DNA of 64,000 nucleotides, from NCBI RefSeq assembly GCF_009914755.1, contig NC_060925.1; one strand, given 5' to 3'. The DNA is from the human T2T-CHM13v2.0 reference genome, Homo sapiens. The translations under genes were made by a program, and so were the position numbers. Shown piece by piece: positions 40,099 to 54,944 of the stretch. Positions within the stretch are counted from its first letter, which is position 1; each line of letters starts with the position of its first letter. Below the pieces are notes generated by a model that did not search any database, was not told the DNA's origin, and saw nothing but the letters and a program-made list of their open reading frames with translations.

Positions 40099-42304
40099 TT
40101 AAGTCTTGGCCTAGTAAGAAGAAATTAACCAGCACTGGGCAATTGTGGGAAATGGCAGCTCAGAGCCCCACTCAGAGCCATAACAGCATTGCCAAGGGAT
40201 GAGAAGAGAGAGCTTCCATTGACACTCTGCCATGTGCTTGGGCTAATCAACACATGCCTTGGGCATCATTTTCCAGAAAGAATTTCTGGGCTGCTCTTGG
40301 GCATCCCAGTGCTCTGTCAAAATAGCCTCTTGAATTATAAAACCACCAGTGACAAAGACTAATCTTCAGAAAAACTCCCAGAGGCTCAGTGTGCTTTGTG
40401 GTGAAGTCTATCATTACATAAGCCCAAGCTCCATGGGCTGGGAATTGGGTGTTTCTCTACAGCGGCTGATGGGAACTGCCAATGTGAGGTCTCAGGTCAT
40501 GAAGTCCACACCAGACTCTGGCAGTGACACACTTCAGCTGGTGTTTAAGTAAGGGCCATGCCAAGCTGTCTATCAGGTTCTCACATGCCTGACCGGGGTG
40601 ATTTCTGTTGTCTCATTTGAGTTTGGGGCCACATTTTTGGCCCCTATAAATATTTTACTTTGTGACTCTGAGAGTGATGCTCTCTGAATGGAAAGGGGCA
40701 GGGGAGGAAAAGAACATTGGGTGGGCACTTTCCATGTCTTAAGTGTTTCCTACACATTCACTCATTTAACCCCGTGATGTGGGCAGTATTGTTGCCATTT
40801 TTCAGATGTGGAAACTGAGGCTTAGAGAGAGGTGAAAGGATTTTCCAAGGTAACATGGGATTTTCCAGGGTCTTGGATAAAAATCACACATTTGTGTTCT
40901 TTCACAACCGAATCCAGAGTGAGGGTTACCTTTGGTGGGAAAACTGCCTGGATCTTCCAGCCCACACCCAGGCTCAAAGAGTTGCCCTCTGCTCAGCCTG
41001 CTACCTCAGGTGCCTCTCTGTGCATGGGCCAGATAACACCCAGGGCAGGTGATGTGAGCAATGAAGGAGAGCTGGGGCTGGAAGGGTTGTGTCAGGGACT
41101 GCAGGGATCCTGAAGAGGGATTGACCATTGTGAATGAGAGGAGCCGATGGGGCTTGATGAACCACAATGATTCTGAGACAAGGCAGGGATGTGGGAGGGC
41201 ATCTCAGGCAGAGGGCAGCATATTCAAGGGCCCAGAGGCACAGTGAGAAGGACAGTGGGATGACAGGGAGAGCCATGGTTGGGTGGGTTTCTAGGAAGGG
41301 CCCTAGAGAAGATCCCTGCTCTAAAACACTTCATTCTGCCAGCAATGGCACCTACTGAAATCTTCTAGGCAGGGAGGTCATGCTTACAGCCTTGTTTTCA
41401 AGGGATTATCTGGGCTACCAAGTGTGGGACAGAATGGAAGGGCTGAGCCTAAAGCTCATTCCCTTCTTTCAGGAAGAAAAGCCTCCAAAATATGATAGCC
41501 TCTGAGAGGTAATCTGCCACCACTAGTGACACAGAAAATAAGTCTCTCTGGTGCCAGTGACTTTTCCCCACTGGCCACCTCCCTCTGCCTCCCTTGGCCT
41601 CCCTGTCTGGGACCCAATCAGGGGATGGCTGCTCCAGCCTTTCCTGCATACTCAGTCCTGGGGAGGCTGCAAAGTCAGGCAGGACCAGGGTGAGAAAGTT
41701 GGAAGGGAAGAGGGGAAGGATGGCCACATATTGCCTGAGGACAAAGACACAGGCCTGGCTGGACTCTTATCTCCTTCTCACTGACTGGCCGAGTGGCCTC
41801 ATGGAAGTCCCTTCTCCTCTCCGGCCTCTGGGTCTCTATCACTAAAAGGAAGGGCTCTTACTTGGATAAGGTTCCCCTCCACAGTGATAGCTACTATGCT
41901 ATCAGTGACTCTCTGGAGTGCAGCTCCAAGCCTGCTTCACTGCCACTTCACCTCCGCCTTTCCTTTCACGAAGTTCAACGAAATGCCTATTCTTGTACTA
42001 GGCTCTGAGCTAGGCTTTGTGGCTACAAAGACAGATAAAAATACTACTTGTTTACCAAAGTGTTTGTATATGTTGTTAAGTGAGAAAAGCAGGCTACTCA
42101 AGAGAATGTCATATTTATGTGTACATATCTTGTGAGTGTGTGTATACAACAGATATGCTACACACCTACACACCGAATAGAAAACCAAAAACACATACAC
42201 TAATCTAAATAGTTATTTGAGAGGCAGTGATATTTCTTTATAACTTTGGGCTTCCCCACCCCCCAAATATTCTTGCATTGCACTTTACTTTTCAAATTAA
42301 ATAG

Positions 42305-42673
<369 letters not shown>

Positions 42674-45600
42674 TGCCAGGCATTATTTTAAGAGCTTTGA
42701 ATAATTAACCAATTGAATCTTTGCAAGAACCCCATGAAATAGGTCCTGTTGTACACAGACCCACTTTACGGATGAGGAACCAGAGGCACAGAGAGATTAA
42801 ATAATGTTGCCAAGGTCAAATAGCTCCTAGGGTGATGAAGACAGCATTCAAGTCTCCAACAGTGGCAATCCGACTGGAAAGACTGAACTTTCACTGTCAC
42901 CACAGGGCCTCTCACAAGCAGCAGTTGCAACTATGAAGAAATGCGGTTCCCCTGCCTTGGAGGGAGGAGAAATATGAACACTCATTCACATCAACAGGGA
43001 GGGCACTGAGGTTTACCTGAGGCACAGTGGGGTTGTGTGGGACTCTGAGCTCTGAAGTTCCCCTGGGAAGGGCTTCTTACTGTACTTACAGTGCCATGGA
43101 GGATGTATTCACTGGAGGAAACTAACTTTCCCGGCTGAGAAAGAAGCAGAGAGAAAAGCCTAAAGGTGGGAACTGTCTGGGGCTGCCCAAAGAAATGCAG
43201 GAGCCAGAGCGTGGGGTGGTTTGCTTGTGGAGAGGAAGGCGGGCATGAGAGGGAAGGCTCACAGGTGATCACATGCCAGATACAAAGGCCAGATTGGATA
43301 CCAGTTGAGCTAAGAGGCCAGGCTTTGTCCTAGTACAGCAGGGAGCCATGGAAGGTTTACCAGCAGGAGAAAGACTGGTTAGACTGGATTTAAGGGTCCT
43401 TGTTAGGGGAACCTCCATTCATTCTCCATCCCTGCTCCCCTCTGTCCCTCTTTTCTTTCAGTGTGGAGGCAGGGAAACCAGGAGCCTTCCTGTTCAACAT
43501 GCTTTCATACCTTGCCTATAGGCCCTGCGCTGGGAAGACCTAAAGATGAGTAAGACTGGGTTCTCCCTACCCCATTACAGATTTTACAACCAGATATAAA
43601 ACCATTATTAGGACATAAGGCAGCTCTTTGAAAGATGGCTGGAATTCGCCACCCCACCAGCCTACCTATGGAGCTTCTCCACATCCGTTAAGATCCAGCT
43701 CAGACATTACCTCCCCTAGGAAGCCTCCCCTGAAAAACCTCTCACATGGATTTCTCCATCTCTCCTCTTTGGGACACGCCTCACTCCTGGCACTGTGCAT
43801 CCTTGTCTGTCTGTCTGCCCCTACTGCTCACCCCTGATCACCCTTGAGTGGAGGTCCTCCAGGGCCTGACCGCAGGTGATCCACCTCCAGGTCCCAGGGT
43901 CCAGCTCCAGCCCAGCCCATGGTCAGCATCCACAGAGTCTACTGACTGGAGGATGACAAAGGCTGGGCTGCACTCTTGGGGGGCTGTGGAGGAGCAGGGA
44001 TCAGCAAAGGAGGAGAGCCCTGAGGTTCAGAGATGCTGGAAAATGCTACATATTGGAGGTGAGACTAGCTTGGGCCTTGAGTGATGCTACTACCAACTGG
44101 CCAAGTGCTTTAATGGCCTCTTATGCTTTTGGGGTGAGCCTGTCAGTTCCCATCTGTGTGAGTTTGTGGGTCCCAGCATTCCTTGTCTTACCAGGGAAGT
44201 CATTAACCTTTGGTGTTAAATGTGACTTGTCTGCATACAATCAGGGAGACAAGCACCAGGCACCGCTATGTCAGGAAAGTCCCATTTGACATTCTGTCTG
44301 TTCCTGCTAATTAACAGGCCCAAAGAGCACACGGATGGGCTTATCCCAGCAATTGCTGCTCACCCCCGGGGCTGGATCTGCACGGTGTTGCCTGCCTGGG
44401 TCGAGTATGGAACCAACCCTCTCCCCAGCCCACCTAGCTCCAAAGCAAGCTGTGCCCTTGCCCCTCCATTCCTGTCACCCCTCTCTCACTCCCTCTCTCC
44501 CTTCCCTTTCCCCATAATTTCTCTGAGAGTCCTTATTTCCTCTTGCCTGGACCCCAGAAGCAGCACCCTAACAATCTTCTTGCTTCCAGCCTGTCCTGTT
44601 CCAATCCTCCACACTGAAGCCAGAATGAACTTTCTAAAATGCAAACTGGAGTACATCCTCCTTCCTGGAAACCTTTCCACAGCAACCCAAGGCTCTTGAG
44701 GATGTGGCTCCCATTTTGTTCTCCAACCTCCTTTTCCTGAACCACCTCCTTTTCTCAGTCATACTCGCTCTGGCCCCATCTGTGCTACTCCCTCCTCTTC
44801 TTTGCTTTTCTGCTTCCTCCTTTCTCTCTGAATCCTAAAAGCTCCAATCCAACTCAAGGCTCCCCTTCTCCCCCCAGGAAGGGGCCCATTCCCTTTCCTG
44901 AGGCTCTGAAGCAAGCTTTAGTGTGTGTGGGCTTTCCACACATATCCCTTCCTTCTTCTGTTCCACAAACCTGTGTTGAGAAGTACTGTGGGCCAGGCAC
45001 TGTGCTGGTCACACTCAACCATCCTTCCCTCCAATCCTCAACACCACGCTGGGAGGAGGGAGACAGGCTCTTCAGGACCTGGCCCCTTTCTAACCTGCTT
45101 GCCCCACTCTTTGCTGCTTTTTTCCCCACGGGTAGGACCGTGAGCATATCATTTCCCCTCTCTGGCACTCAGTTTCATCCTTAGCAAAATGAGGCCTTTA
45201 CCTCTCAATGTTGTTGTGAATTAAAAGTAATAATAATAATAGTGATAATAATAACATAGAGCTCTAAACACAGGCCGGATGCTGTTCTGTGTGCTTTATA
45301 TATATCAGCTCCTTACCCCCACAGTGTGGTCTGCAGGGTTAAGGGACTTGCTCAGCTGCAGGCCTAGCACCCAGGAAGCATCCAGTAGCTGTTGGCATCA
45401 CTGGACAGTCACACCTGGCCTAGAGGAGGCGTGTGAGATGGGAATACACCAGGCACGTTCTGGGGATGGCACACAGATGAGCCTGGCTGGAGCTCAGGGC
45501 TCATGTTTGATAACAGATTAATGAAATTATCAAATTGACCTTGTCAGTGTCTGCTCAATCCAATTACATAGTTGTGGCCCCCGTGAATGGGGTTAAAACA

Positions 45601-47079
45601 GGAGTGCACATGAGAGACACCAAAACAGCAGCTATGAGGGAGATGGTGGCCACCCAGGAAACCCTGGAGGGAAGTCAGTGCTGCCCATGTACCAGTACCT
45701 GTCTAAGAACTGCTTGTCACTCCCAGGGGTGCAGCATCCTGTTACTTTGGAGAGACAGCAGCTGAGCATCCACTAGACAGGGATGCTTGGTACCGTCAAC
45801 TGATGCCCACACAGTGCCGGGCTCTGTGCTGGCACAAGACTCATGGTGAGCAAGACACAGTCCCTGCTCTTGAGCAGTTCTTGTCTGGTAGGTGAGACAG
45901 GGAGGGAAACAAAGAGAATTCAGCAAAGTGAGCAGTGCCCTGATTGATGGCAACCCAGAGAAGGCACACAGTGATCAACCTGGACTCAGGGAGTTTCCAG
46001 AAAGATGGTTCCTGGGCTGAGAAGTAACCCAGGAGCTGGCCTAGAATAGAGAGAGATGGGGAGGGTGGGAGAAGGGAGAGCCATTCTTAGGGGACCGCCA
46101 GGTTTCAGTCAGGAGGACTATGAAGCAATGCTGTGTAAAGCAGCTGAGGTTGCGGAGTTCATTAGTGGTGGAAAAGGTTGGGGTGGGGGTGCTGCGTCCG
46201 CAGTGGGAAGCACAGAGCAGCTCTGGCACTGGAGAGGAGAGGTTAGGGCCCATTGGGGTCACAGGATGAAGGGTATGGTGAGTTCTGTGAGGGCAGTTTT
46301 CCAGAGAATGAGCCCTAGCAGTCCTCTGCGTACGGGGCACTCAGCCCTCCCTGGAACAGTCTGCAGAGCCTGGACCATGTGGACATTTGAGGAAGACAGA
46401 GCATCAACTACAGCTTGACCAATTCAAGGCTCTAAGGAGGACCCTAAGGAAGAGGCTAGGTGCAGAGCTGCTCCCCTCTCTGCTTGGCCAGTAGCACTTA
46501 GTCTTAGCATCAGGGCCTGCCTGCTATTCCCTCTCATCTGGGATAATGTTTCCTGGAATCTGTCAGCTGAATAGCCCTTTTCAGTTTACTGAGTTTACTT
46601 ACATCCCTTTGACAACTGGATCTGCAACATAAGACTGTGCAATAGATATCTTCATTCTTCCCATTTTACAGCTGAGGAAACTGAGGCCTAAGGACACCAA
46701 ATGCCCCTACCCAAGGCTTGCTCATAATGGAAGTACGACTCATGTGTATTTATTCTGAATTTAAATCTTGCGTACATCTCATTACTATAACATGATCTTT
46801 AGAGAAAGAAGGTCGAAAGCTGGATGTGTTGGCATGAGTCGTCAGTGGAGATGGACACACCCTGAGAGGCCCTCACTTCATAGGCCATCACCTGTCTTAC
46901 TTTGAGAGACAATCCTGCCAACTGCATTTCTAGGGCTCAATGGGGGCCCCAAAACATGAGAACTACATTTGGATGTTGCTTTCAAAGTAACTCATGTTTG
47001 GCCAAGGATTCCTATCAGAACAAATATTTCTCCATGGCCCCTCCACAGTGCCACCCCAGGGAGGACAAATCTCCAGTCC

Positions 47080-47490
47080 CCTCCCAGCCAATGATATCAC
47101 TGTCCACCCACTCAGCCAAGCCACAAACCGTGGAGTCATCACTGGGTCTTCCTTTTCTCACCTTCTACTTCTAATCAGCAAACCATGCTGGTTTTAACCC
47201 AAATATAGAATTCTGCTTTCATCTGTCCCACCCACCCCTTCAATCTCTCGGCCCCTGCCTTTGCTCCAGCCTTCCACATTTCTTGCCGGACTATTAAGCC
47301 CCCTCGTTTCTGTTCTTCCTAACTCCAGTCTCACCCCTTCCCATTCATCATCTACGATTCCACCAGAGTGGTCCTTCTGAAACACCAATCTGACCATGCC
47401 GCTTCCTGGCTCAACACTCTTCAATGACTCCTTGTTGCCACCTCAAAGTGAAGTCCAGCTCCTTAGCTAGCCTATGAGGCCTGTGTGCCC
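47080..47490 (+). mobile_element. L2 LINE fragment
   Basis: ccactcagccaagcca.aaacc..caccagagtggtccttctgaaacac..ctgaccatg..tcttcaatgactcc. Confidence 0.65.
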
Positions 47491-50255
47491 CAGCAGGTCC
47501 TAGCCCCGACCACCTGTGCAGGTCCTCCAGCAGGCCCTGCTTGGAACCCATGCTCCAGACCCTACACTGAAGCTCTCATATTGCTGAAGGGACACTGAGA
47601 TTTTTCAGTCGCTCATTCATCGATTCAACTTTTCAGCCCCTATGATATGCTAGACAATTTTCTAGGCCTTGCTCTTAGGAAACTTACAGTTTAGCTGAAG
47701 ATGGAATGAGACAGTATTCAGATAAACACAACAGGATGAGAGGAAAATAAAGCAAATAAAGCAGAGGAAAAGGACGAGAGAGTACCCTGAGGTGGGGTGG
47801 GTGCCGGTTCAGACAATGTGGACAAGGACAACCTTTCTGAAGAGGAAGACAGAAACAAAGAACTGAAGGAAGTGGGGGTAGCCTGAGGACTGCTGCAGGG
47901 AGAGGACTTGATAAGCACATACCTTGCCTCATACTGCTCCCTCTGCCTGTAATGCCACCCCATACCCCTCCTCGGGCCCAGCTCTCACCTGAGAATCAGC
48001 ACAGCAGTTGCCTCCCCTGGGACACTCAAGGAGAACCAACCAGTCCTTCTTGATGTCCCTGAGTGTCCCACATGGCTTCAATCCAGCCCAGTAACACCCA
48101 TCCCTTCAATCATTCATTCATTCATTTCTTGAACAAAAACTGCTTGACTAGTCCCTGGGTGCCAGGCCCTGTGCTATGCGTTGGGATGCATCTGTCACTT
48201 CCCCCTGCCCTGTGCCCACGAGCTCTTGGGAGGCAAGAGGGACTTTCTCTGCTCTACCCCATTATCCTGGTGCTAGTGCAGCACCTAGCCCAGAATGGCT
48301 TCAGGTGAGTATTTGCTGAGTGAATAAACATTTGAGATCGTTTTATTGAAATACTTCAGAGTAAATTTGGAGACAGGCACTCCTCTAGTCAAGAGTAATT
48401 TAATAACCACAAATGCCTTTAACACAGTGGGGAGGGAAAAAAATGTGTGTTTCCTTTATTGCTGCTGTTAAAATAAATGGCATTTTAAATAAATATAGCA
48501 TATAGAATGTGGCCACATGACGAAATAAATAAATATCTGGTGAAATTATGCATTGCAAAGCAGACTTTTCTGGTCTTTTGGTTATTAAATTTAATCACTT
48601 TTGAGCTGTGCCTCTACTCTTTTTTTCCTAGAGGCAGGTATGCTTTTGATTAAAATGTGGGCCCCAGAGCATTTTCACAGGGGGAAGGGTGAGCTACATC
48701 CCTTGAGGAACTGCAGTGGAGCAAGCCAACGGGATAACAGGGCCAAGGCAACAGCCATGATTTGCTTCTAACTTGATGGACATGTTTATCCCCAGATAGA
48801 GTGCACAGCAGTCACGGGGCATATGGAAATCTTGCAATTAAAGCAAACTCTAATTAGAGACTACATATTTAAAATACAAAGGAAGCTTGGAGTGGCAGCC
48901 ACTCTGGTTGGCTCTGAAACATGATTATCCTACTTCAGTCCCTGCACTGACTGGATTACGAGGAGGGAAACGCATCATGTTGCCACACATGGTTTCTTGC
49001 GGTTGAGGAGGGGGAGATCTCTGACTCCCCAGTCCATGAAGTTTTGGAATCCAACAGACTTGGATTTGAATCCTGGCTCTGCCCATTATTACCCCACTGG
49101 CCTCAGCGTCCACATCTTCATAATGGGAATGATGACAACTATATCATAGGGCCAAAGAAAGATCAAGTAAAGGCTTTGTGGGGACTCAGTTCAGGGAGTT
49201 TATTGACCAGTTAGGTGACTTACATTGCATTTGCCCCTGCCCCCATCCATCCAGCTCAAGAGTGTGCCTTGCTTAAGAGCCATAGGGGAGAGACTGGGAG
49301 GGATGAATTCTTATTATGTCATTCATCGTGCCCATGGGGCTGAAGGAACAGGCTTCTTCTCGACATTTGTAAGTACCTGAGCAATCAATTTTATGTGTCC
49401 ACAAGGGGTGGGAACCTGGGATAAGTTGTTTCTCCTTAATTCAAACGGTCCTCAGGAGCAAGGCGGTGGGTCAGTCCCGGGTCAGTGGAAGGCTTGGGGC
49501 GAAGGTACTGATAGCAACTCTGGTTAGCTCTGGGATTCTGGCCTAGAGCTGGCATTTCCTGAGCTTGGGCTGGGGTCAAGAGATGAATTTGGAACTGTCC
49601 CTGCCTTCAATAAAAAGTCACAATCTAGTCAGGAAGACAGGTAAGAAGGGGCACAGAAGTGCGTAGCACCAACTCACATTCCTATATTTTACAGTTCAAA
49701 AAGTGCCTTCAACCGATCCCCGATTTAATCCTCTCAAGAGCCTGTGAGGGAACAGTGACCCGCTTCTGACTTTCAGCTTCAGGCCACGTCTGTATTTCAG
49801 CTACACAGAAGAGCAGGCGCGGATAGTGCAGTGCAGTGCCCCATCCCCACACACCCGGTACCCTCCCAGGTAGAATAAATCAGAACCTTTTTGCTTTTTG
49901 CCTTTTTTTCTTCTGGCCTCTTTTTGGTTTATTTGTCTTAAACACTTAAAACATTACTGAAGCCTCTTTTGCACTCTTCCCCACACCACTCCTGATAAGG
50001 ACTATGCCAAAGTTGGCATGTGTCCTTCCTGCCTGAGTGTTTATACTCTGACTGTGCATGTATATGTCTATAAACAATCCATAATAGGTTTTGCACATTT
50101 AAAATTTTACATACATAGTCACAGACTCTGTTTCACTCTGCCACTTGCTTTCTTACTATACATTATGATTTTCAGATTTATTTATGCTGATACATACTCC
50201 TCTAGTTCATTTTTTTTGTTTGCTGTATTGACATTTCACTCTATGATGAAAGTCA

Positions 50256-50290
50256 ATGTGTGTGCGTGTGTGTGTGCGCGCGTGCATGCA
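50256..50290. repeat. Alternating purine-pyrimidine (TG/CG)n tract inside an old L1M fragment
   Basis: atgtgtgtgcgtgtgtgtgtgcgcgcgtgcatgca. Confidence 0.9.
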
Positions 50291-52429
50291 GGTAATTTTC
50301 CTGTTGGTGGGCATTGGCTTCCACTTTTCCACTTTTTCTACCATCCTGCATTGCTTTACATGGGAAGGAGGATTCAAGGTGAATCTTGAAATGGCTAGAA
50401 TCCAACCAGTGGAAGAGAAACACTTCTCTTTGCCATATAGCACAGGGCCTGGCACCTAGCTGGCTCTCAGTCATTGCTGATTACTAGAGGCATTGAGGCT
50501 TTGATGAAAAGAACAGTGGACCTGGTCTCAGAAGGACTTGCTTTTGAATCTTGACCCTCTCCCTTTTTAGCTGTGTGACACTGGGCAAATAATCTAACCT
50601 CTCTGGGCTACGGTATCTTCATCAGGAGAAATATAGACTATAATGCTAAGTCCCAAATACTCTTGATATGATTAAATGTATGAATTATTTGCTGTAGCTT
50701 CTGACATACAGGAGTTCCACAAGGCTAACTGAATAATTTCCTGATTCTAGGCTGGGGAAAGGATGTGGGGAAAGCATCGGCATGCTCCTGTTGGCTGCCC
50801 TTCTCACTCAAAATGAACGAGGGAATGAAAGAAAAAGAGAAAAGAAGAAAACAAGGCACCTTATAAGCATAATTGAAAACCTAGGACAGCAAAACTTCCC
50901 TCCAAATCTGGCCATAGTTCCATTCCATCTGTGGTTTTGATTGGCCAACACTGGAAATCCCAGTAGGGTCTACTTGGCACTGGACTGGGCTCTCTGAAGG
51001 GCAGCCCCACCCTGCAAAGCCTCCACCTGCCCTCCTGGGCCCTGTGGAGGGCAGCAACAGGCTGGGCTACACAGTGTTAAATCTCTTCCTCTCCAAGAGA
51101 TTGGAGCCAACAAGGCTTTCTGCTTAAATGGCCTATAAACACCTCCCAAAGCTCCCTAGCTCAGAAAAGTGCATGAATCAGCAAAATGAAAATAATTTAA
51201 AGACCCACTGGAAAAAAGAACCCCAGATTCTTTTCTCCACCAGCAATGACAGCCTCTCAGTAGTGACTGTCATTCTTCATATCCAGGGCCAGGTGCTTCC
51301 CACTAGTTTTGGAAAAGAATGTATCAGGGGCTGGAATCTGCTTCCTGGTGGGAGGGAGAGGTGGGGGCAGAGGAAGAAGGAAGACTAAAAATCTACCTCC
51401 CCACCTGGAGTGCTCTGAGGTTTCCTAACCCTGATTTGGGTCATGGGATGCTGTCAGGGCCACACCACTTGTGGAGGTTGTGGAGTAGGGACCTTTGCAC
51501 ACATATTATAATTGAGCCTGTATAACTGAGGCTCATAGGAAGGAAGTGACCAGCCCACAGGCTCCCACAGGTGGAGTGTGACACCCTAACTAAGTGCTCA
51601 TGCTCCCTGCTTCTATCACTCTGATGGGAGGGCAGTGCCTGTTAGTGAGCTCCGACTACATACCTGCCGTGGGATGGGCACTTTAGCAACAGCCTTAAAT
51701 GTTGACATTGTTATTCTTGTACTGAACGTAATACATCAGCTCCTTGTTGCTAATAAATCTCAGGATTCAGACGGTTGTATGACTTAGCCAAGGTCATGTT
51801 CCTGAAACCCACACTCTTTTACTCCACATCCCATGCTGTTCCCACAGTATTAAGGAGGTGGCTCAGGAAAGACCTGACAGAGACATGTACAAACCTGAAA
51901 TGCGCCCCCTTCCCCCAAACACGTTTGATCTCCCCTCTGGACATAGGGTGGATGCTGTGTCTGACACACCTCCATGGGCTGAGTGGTTCCAGGGTCCAGG
52001 AGCTGCATGAAGGAGGTGCTCCTCTGGACATAGTTGCCCTGGGCACTCCCCATCTGCCCCATTGCATTGTGGTGCTCATAGTCAGGTTCCCACCTGGCAG
52101 TGCCAGCACTTAAGGAGGAAGGGGGGTGGGCATCTGCCCCTCATCATCTCTCACCTGAGTTATTCCCCCAATAGCCTTCTCAACTCCTCCCTCTCCCTCC
52201 AAACCATTCACCATTCTGATGCCAGCATCATTTTTCTAAGGCACAAAGCCCCACCCTTCAGTGTGTCCATGGTCTTCAGAGTCTAGCAGCTCAGCCTGGA
52301 ACCAAGGCCCTCCATGACTGGGCCTCTACCCACCTCTCCAGCCTCATCTCCCACTACCAGCTTCACTTTCATACCTTGAAACATCTGAACTCATCCTATC
52401 CTCTTCCACCTCTTGCCTATTGCTCACAA

Positions 52430-52650
52430 TAATTATAAACACTTATGTAGTGCTTTCTATGTGCTAGGTATAGTTATAAGTGCATTTTAGATATTGGCTT
52501 AATGCTCACAGAAACATGAAGCCTTCCATTTTATGGAAGAGGAAACTGAGTCCCAAACCAAATAAGTAACTTGCCTGAGGTCACAGAGCTGGTAAGCGGT
52601 GAAGCCCATAGTCACATTCTGACAGTGAGAGGTCAGAGTTCTCAAACTTA
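52430..52650 (-). mobile_element. MIR SINE
   Basis: ccattttatggaagaggaaactgag..aagtaacttgcctgaggtcacagagctggtaag. Confidence 0.8.
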
Positions 52651-53189
52651 ACTATGGCCAAATCCTTTACTTCTTTCTTGACTTGGTGATGGCCTATCAA
52701 ACTTCAACCCATGAGAACAAGAGAAGAAGGCCTCATGACCTCCTCATGGAGGGCTCCCTTGATCCCTCAAGGCCTTATACCCCTAGGCGGAAATAACTTT
52801 TTTGGTATTTATTTCCCATAGCATTTCCTCACCAGGAACCAGGCTTCTAGGGAGAGGTCCATGCCATCCATACTGGCTCTGTACTGGCCCTGGGGACTCA
52901 GAGATCAACACAGGGTGGTCCCTACCTTAAAGGGCTTAGTCCAGGGAGAAAGACAGACACACAATGATGGGACAGCTTGATGAGGCTCTACCAGAGGTCA
53001 CAAGAGGTGCCACAGAGCAGGGAGAAGGGTTCCAACCCAGGCTGGAGATGGAGCACAAAAGATCTCCTGGAAGGAGGAGAAGAAGCAGGTCATAGAGCAG
53101 AGGAGGCAGGAGAAGTTTCAGATGGAAAAAACAGCTTATGACAATGTTGAGAGATCTAAGGTAGCATCTAGCATGATCATTAAGACACC

Positions 53190-53400
53190 AGACATTGGAG
53201 TCACACAGGCTTAGATGCCAGTTCAGGCTCCTCCAGATCACAGCTGTGCCATCTTGGGCAAATTACTCAACCTCATTAAGTCAGTTTCCTCATTTGTGAA
53301 ATGCAAATGGTAATAGTACCTGCTTCACAGGTTTGTGTGAGAATGAAAAAGTGAACAGTGCTACCACATAGTAAATGTTCAATAAATATTAGTTAATTAA
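53190..53400 (+). mobile_element. MIR SINE
   Basis: cttgggcaaattactcaacct..tcagtttcctcatttgtgaaatg..taatagtacc. Confidence 0.8.
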
Positions 53401-54944
53401 AAAACATCACCATAACTATATCTCTTGCACCTAGCACAGTGTAGGGGTTCAGCAAACATGTATAGAGATGAATTAACACAGTCCTGCCTGCAGTTCACTG
53501 ACAGCCTTGTGAGAAGAGGGAGCTAAATTAATATTACAATACAATCCTCTGAGTGTTAAGGTACAGGGAAGACTGGGGCTGGGAATGAAGGATGGAAGAA
53601 GATTTGGAAAACTAGAGAAGGGAGGGAGTCCTTTAGGAATAGATGGTAACAGGCTCTTAGAGGAAATGATATTTAATCTGAGCCTTCAAGCCCAGAGAGG
53701 ATAGTTTTTTTTTTTTCTCCCAAGGTTAATGATCTAAAAGAGGGACAAGGATGAGTTAGAGCCCCAGACTGAGCAGGGCCAAGCAGCTGAAGGTAGAGAG
53801 GCAGAGGAGCTGGGGGAAAGTGTAAAGCTTGAGGGTGCTCCACAGGGGAAGGAGAGTGTGGATAGTGCAAGGCCATTTATAACTGGGCTGACATATGGCT
53901 GATTCCAGAAAATCATTTAAATTGAGTCACTCTTTTCCCAGAGGTGGGAGTAGGGTAAGGTTTATGTGAGGTGGAATTAGGGTATAGTGTAAGAGACCCT
54001 CACAGTCCCTGTGATCACTGCAATTCAGACCCTAAAGTCTCCAGAAATGATCTCAACATGGAAACCACATTTCTGCTGAGTGCTGGCCATAGCTGCAGGT
54101 GGCCATGAATGAGAAATGCTGAGGAAATCAATGGCAGGGAACCAAGGACAATGATGCAGGGAATGCCACCTTGACATTTGTTCCCTGTGTGGCTTCTCTG
54201 ATGGCTGCTGCAACAAGGCCGGTGGGGTCCAGTGTGACTGTTGGCAATACGGGCTCACTAAGGATTTCTGGGTAAACTTTAGGTGCCTATTCCAGGGGTG
54301 AGGAGGGTCCCTGGCCCGGACTCCTCACAGAACAATCAGTGTGGGGGTGACCCAGGCCCTGGATATTTATTACCTTCCTCTCCCCATTTCAGCACTGCCC
54401 AGATCAGGGACCCCTGTGGTCTGACACTAGGCAGTGGCCAAGGCCTGGGCTGCCTGAGCTCAGCAGGCACAGAGCTGTCTTTCCAGCACTGGGACTGAGT
54501 TGTGGTGACCCCAGGTTTGTCTCTGCTCCGTTGCTCTCCCTCCATCTGTAGGGTCCTTCACTGTCATCCAGGCCTGGATTGGGCCCCAGTCTCCTAATAG
54601 GTCTCTGACTTTTGTCATTTATTCATTCAATAACTTTTTAATGAGTGTGCACTATATGCCAGGTTTTGGGAATACAGCAGTGAACAAAACAGAAACCAAG
54701 AGGCTAAAGTGGATGGTGAATGGAATTATGTTACAGTTTGTGAATTATTCAGATAATTCACATAAGAAGAACAGAGAAATTATTCAGATAAGAGGAACAG
54801 AGAGAGAGAAAATTGACAACTTGGCATAAGTACTGGTCAATAAATCTGGTTATTGTTTGTTTATTTGGGGTGGGTGGGTGGGTGGGCATTGGTGAATAGG
54901 GAGGGACTGGGGGGTCTTTTGTATTTTAAACACAACTTGTAAAG

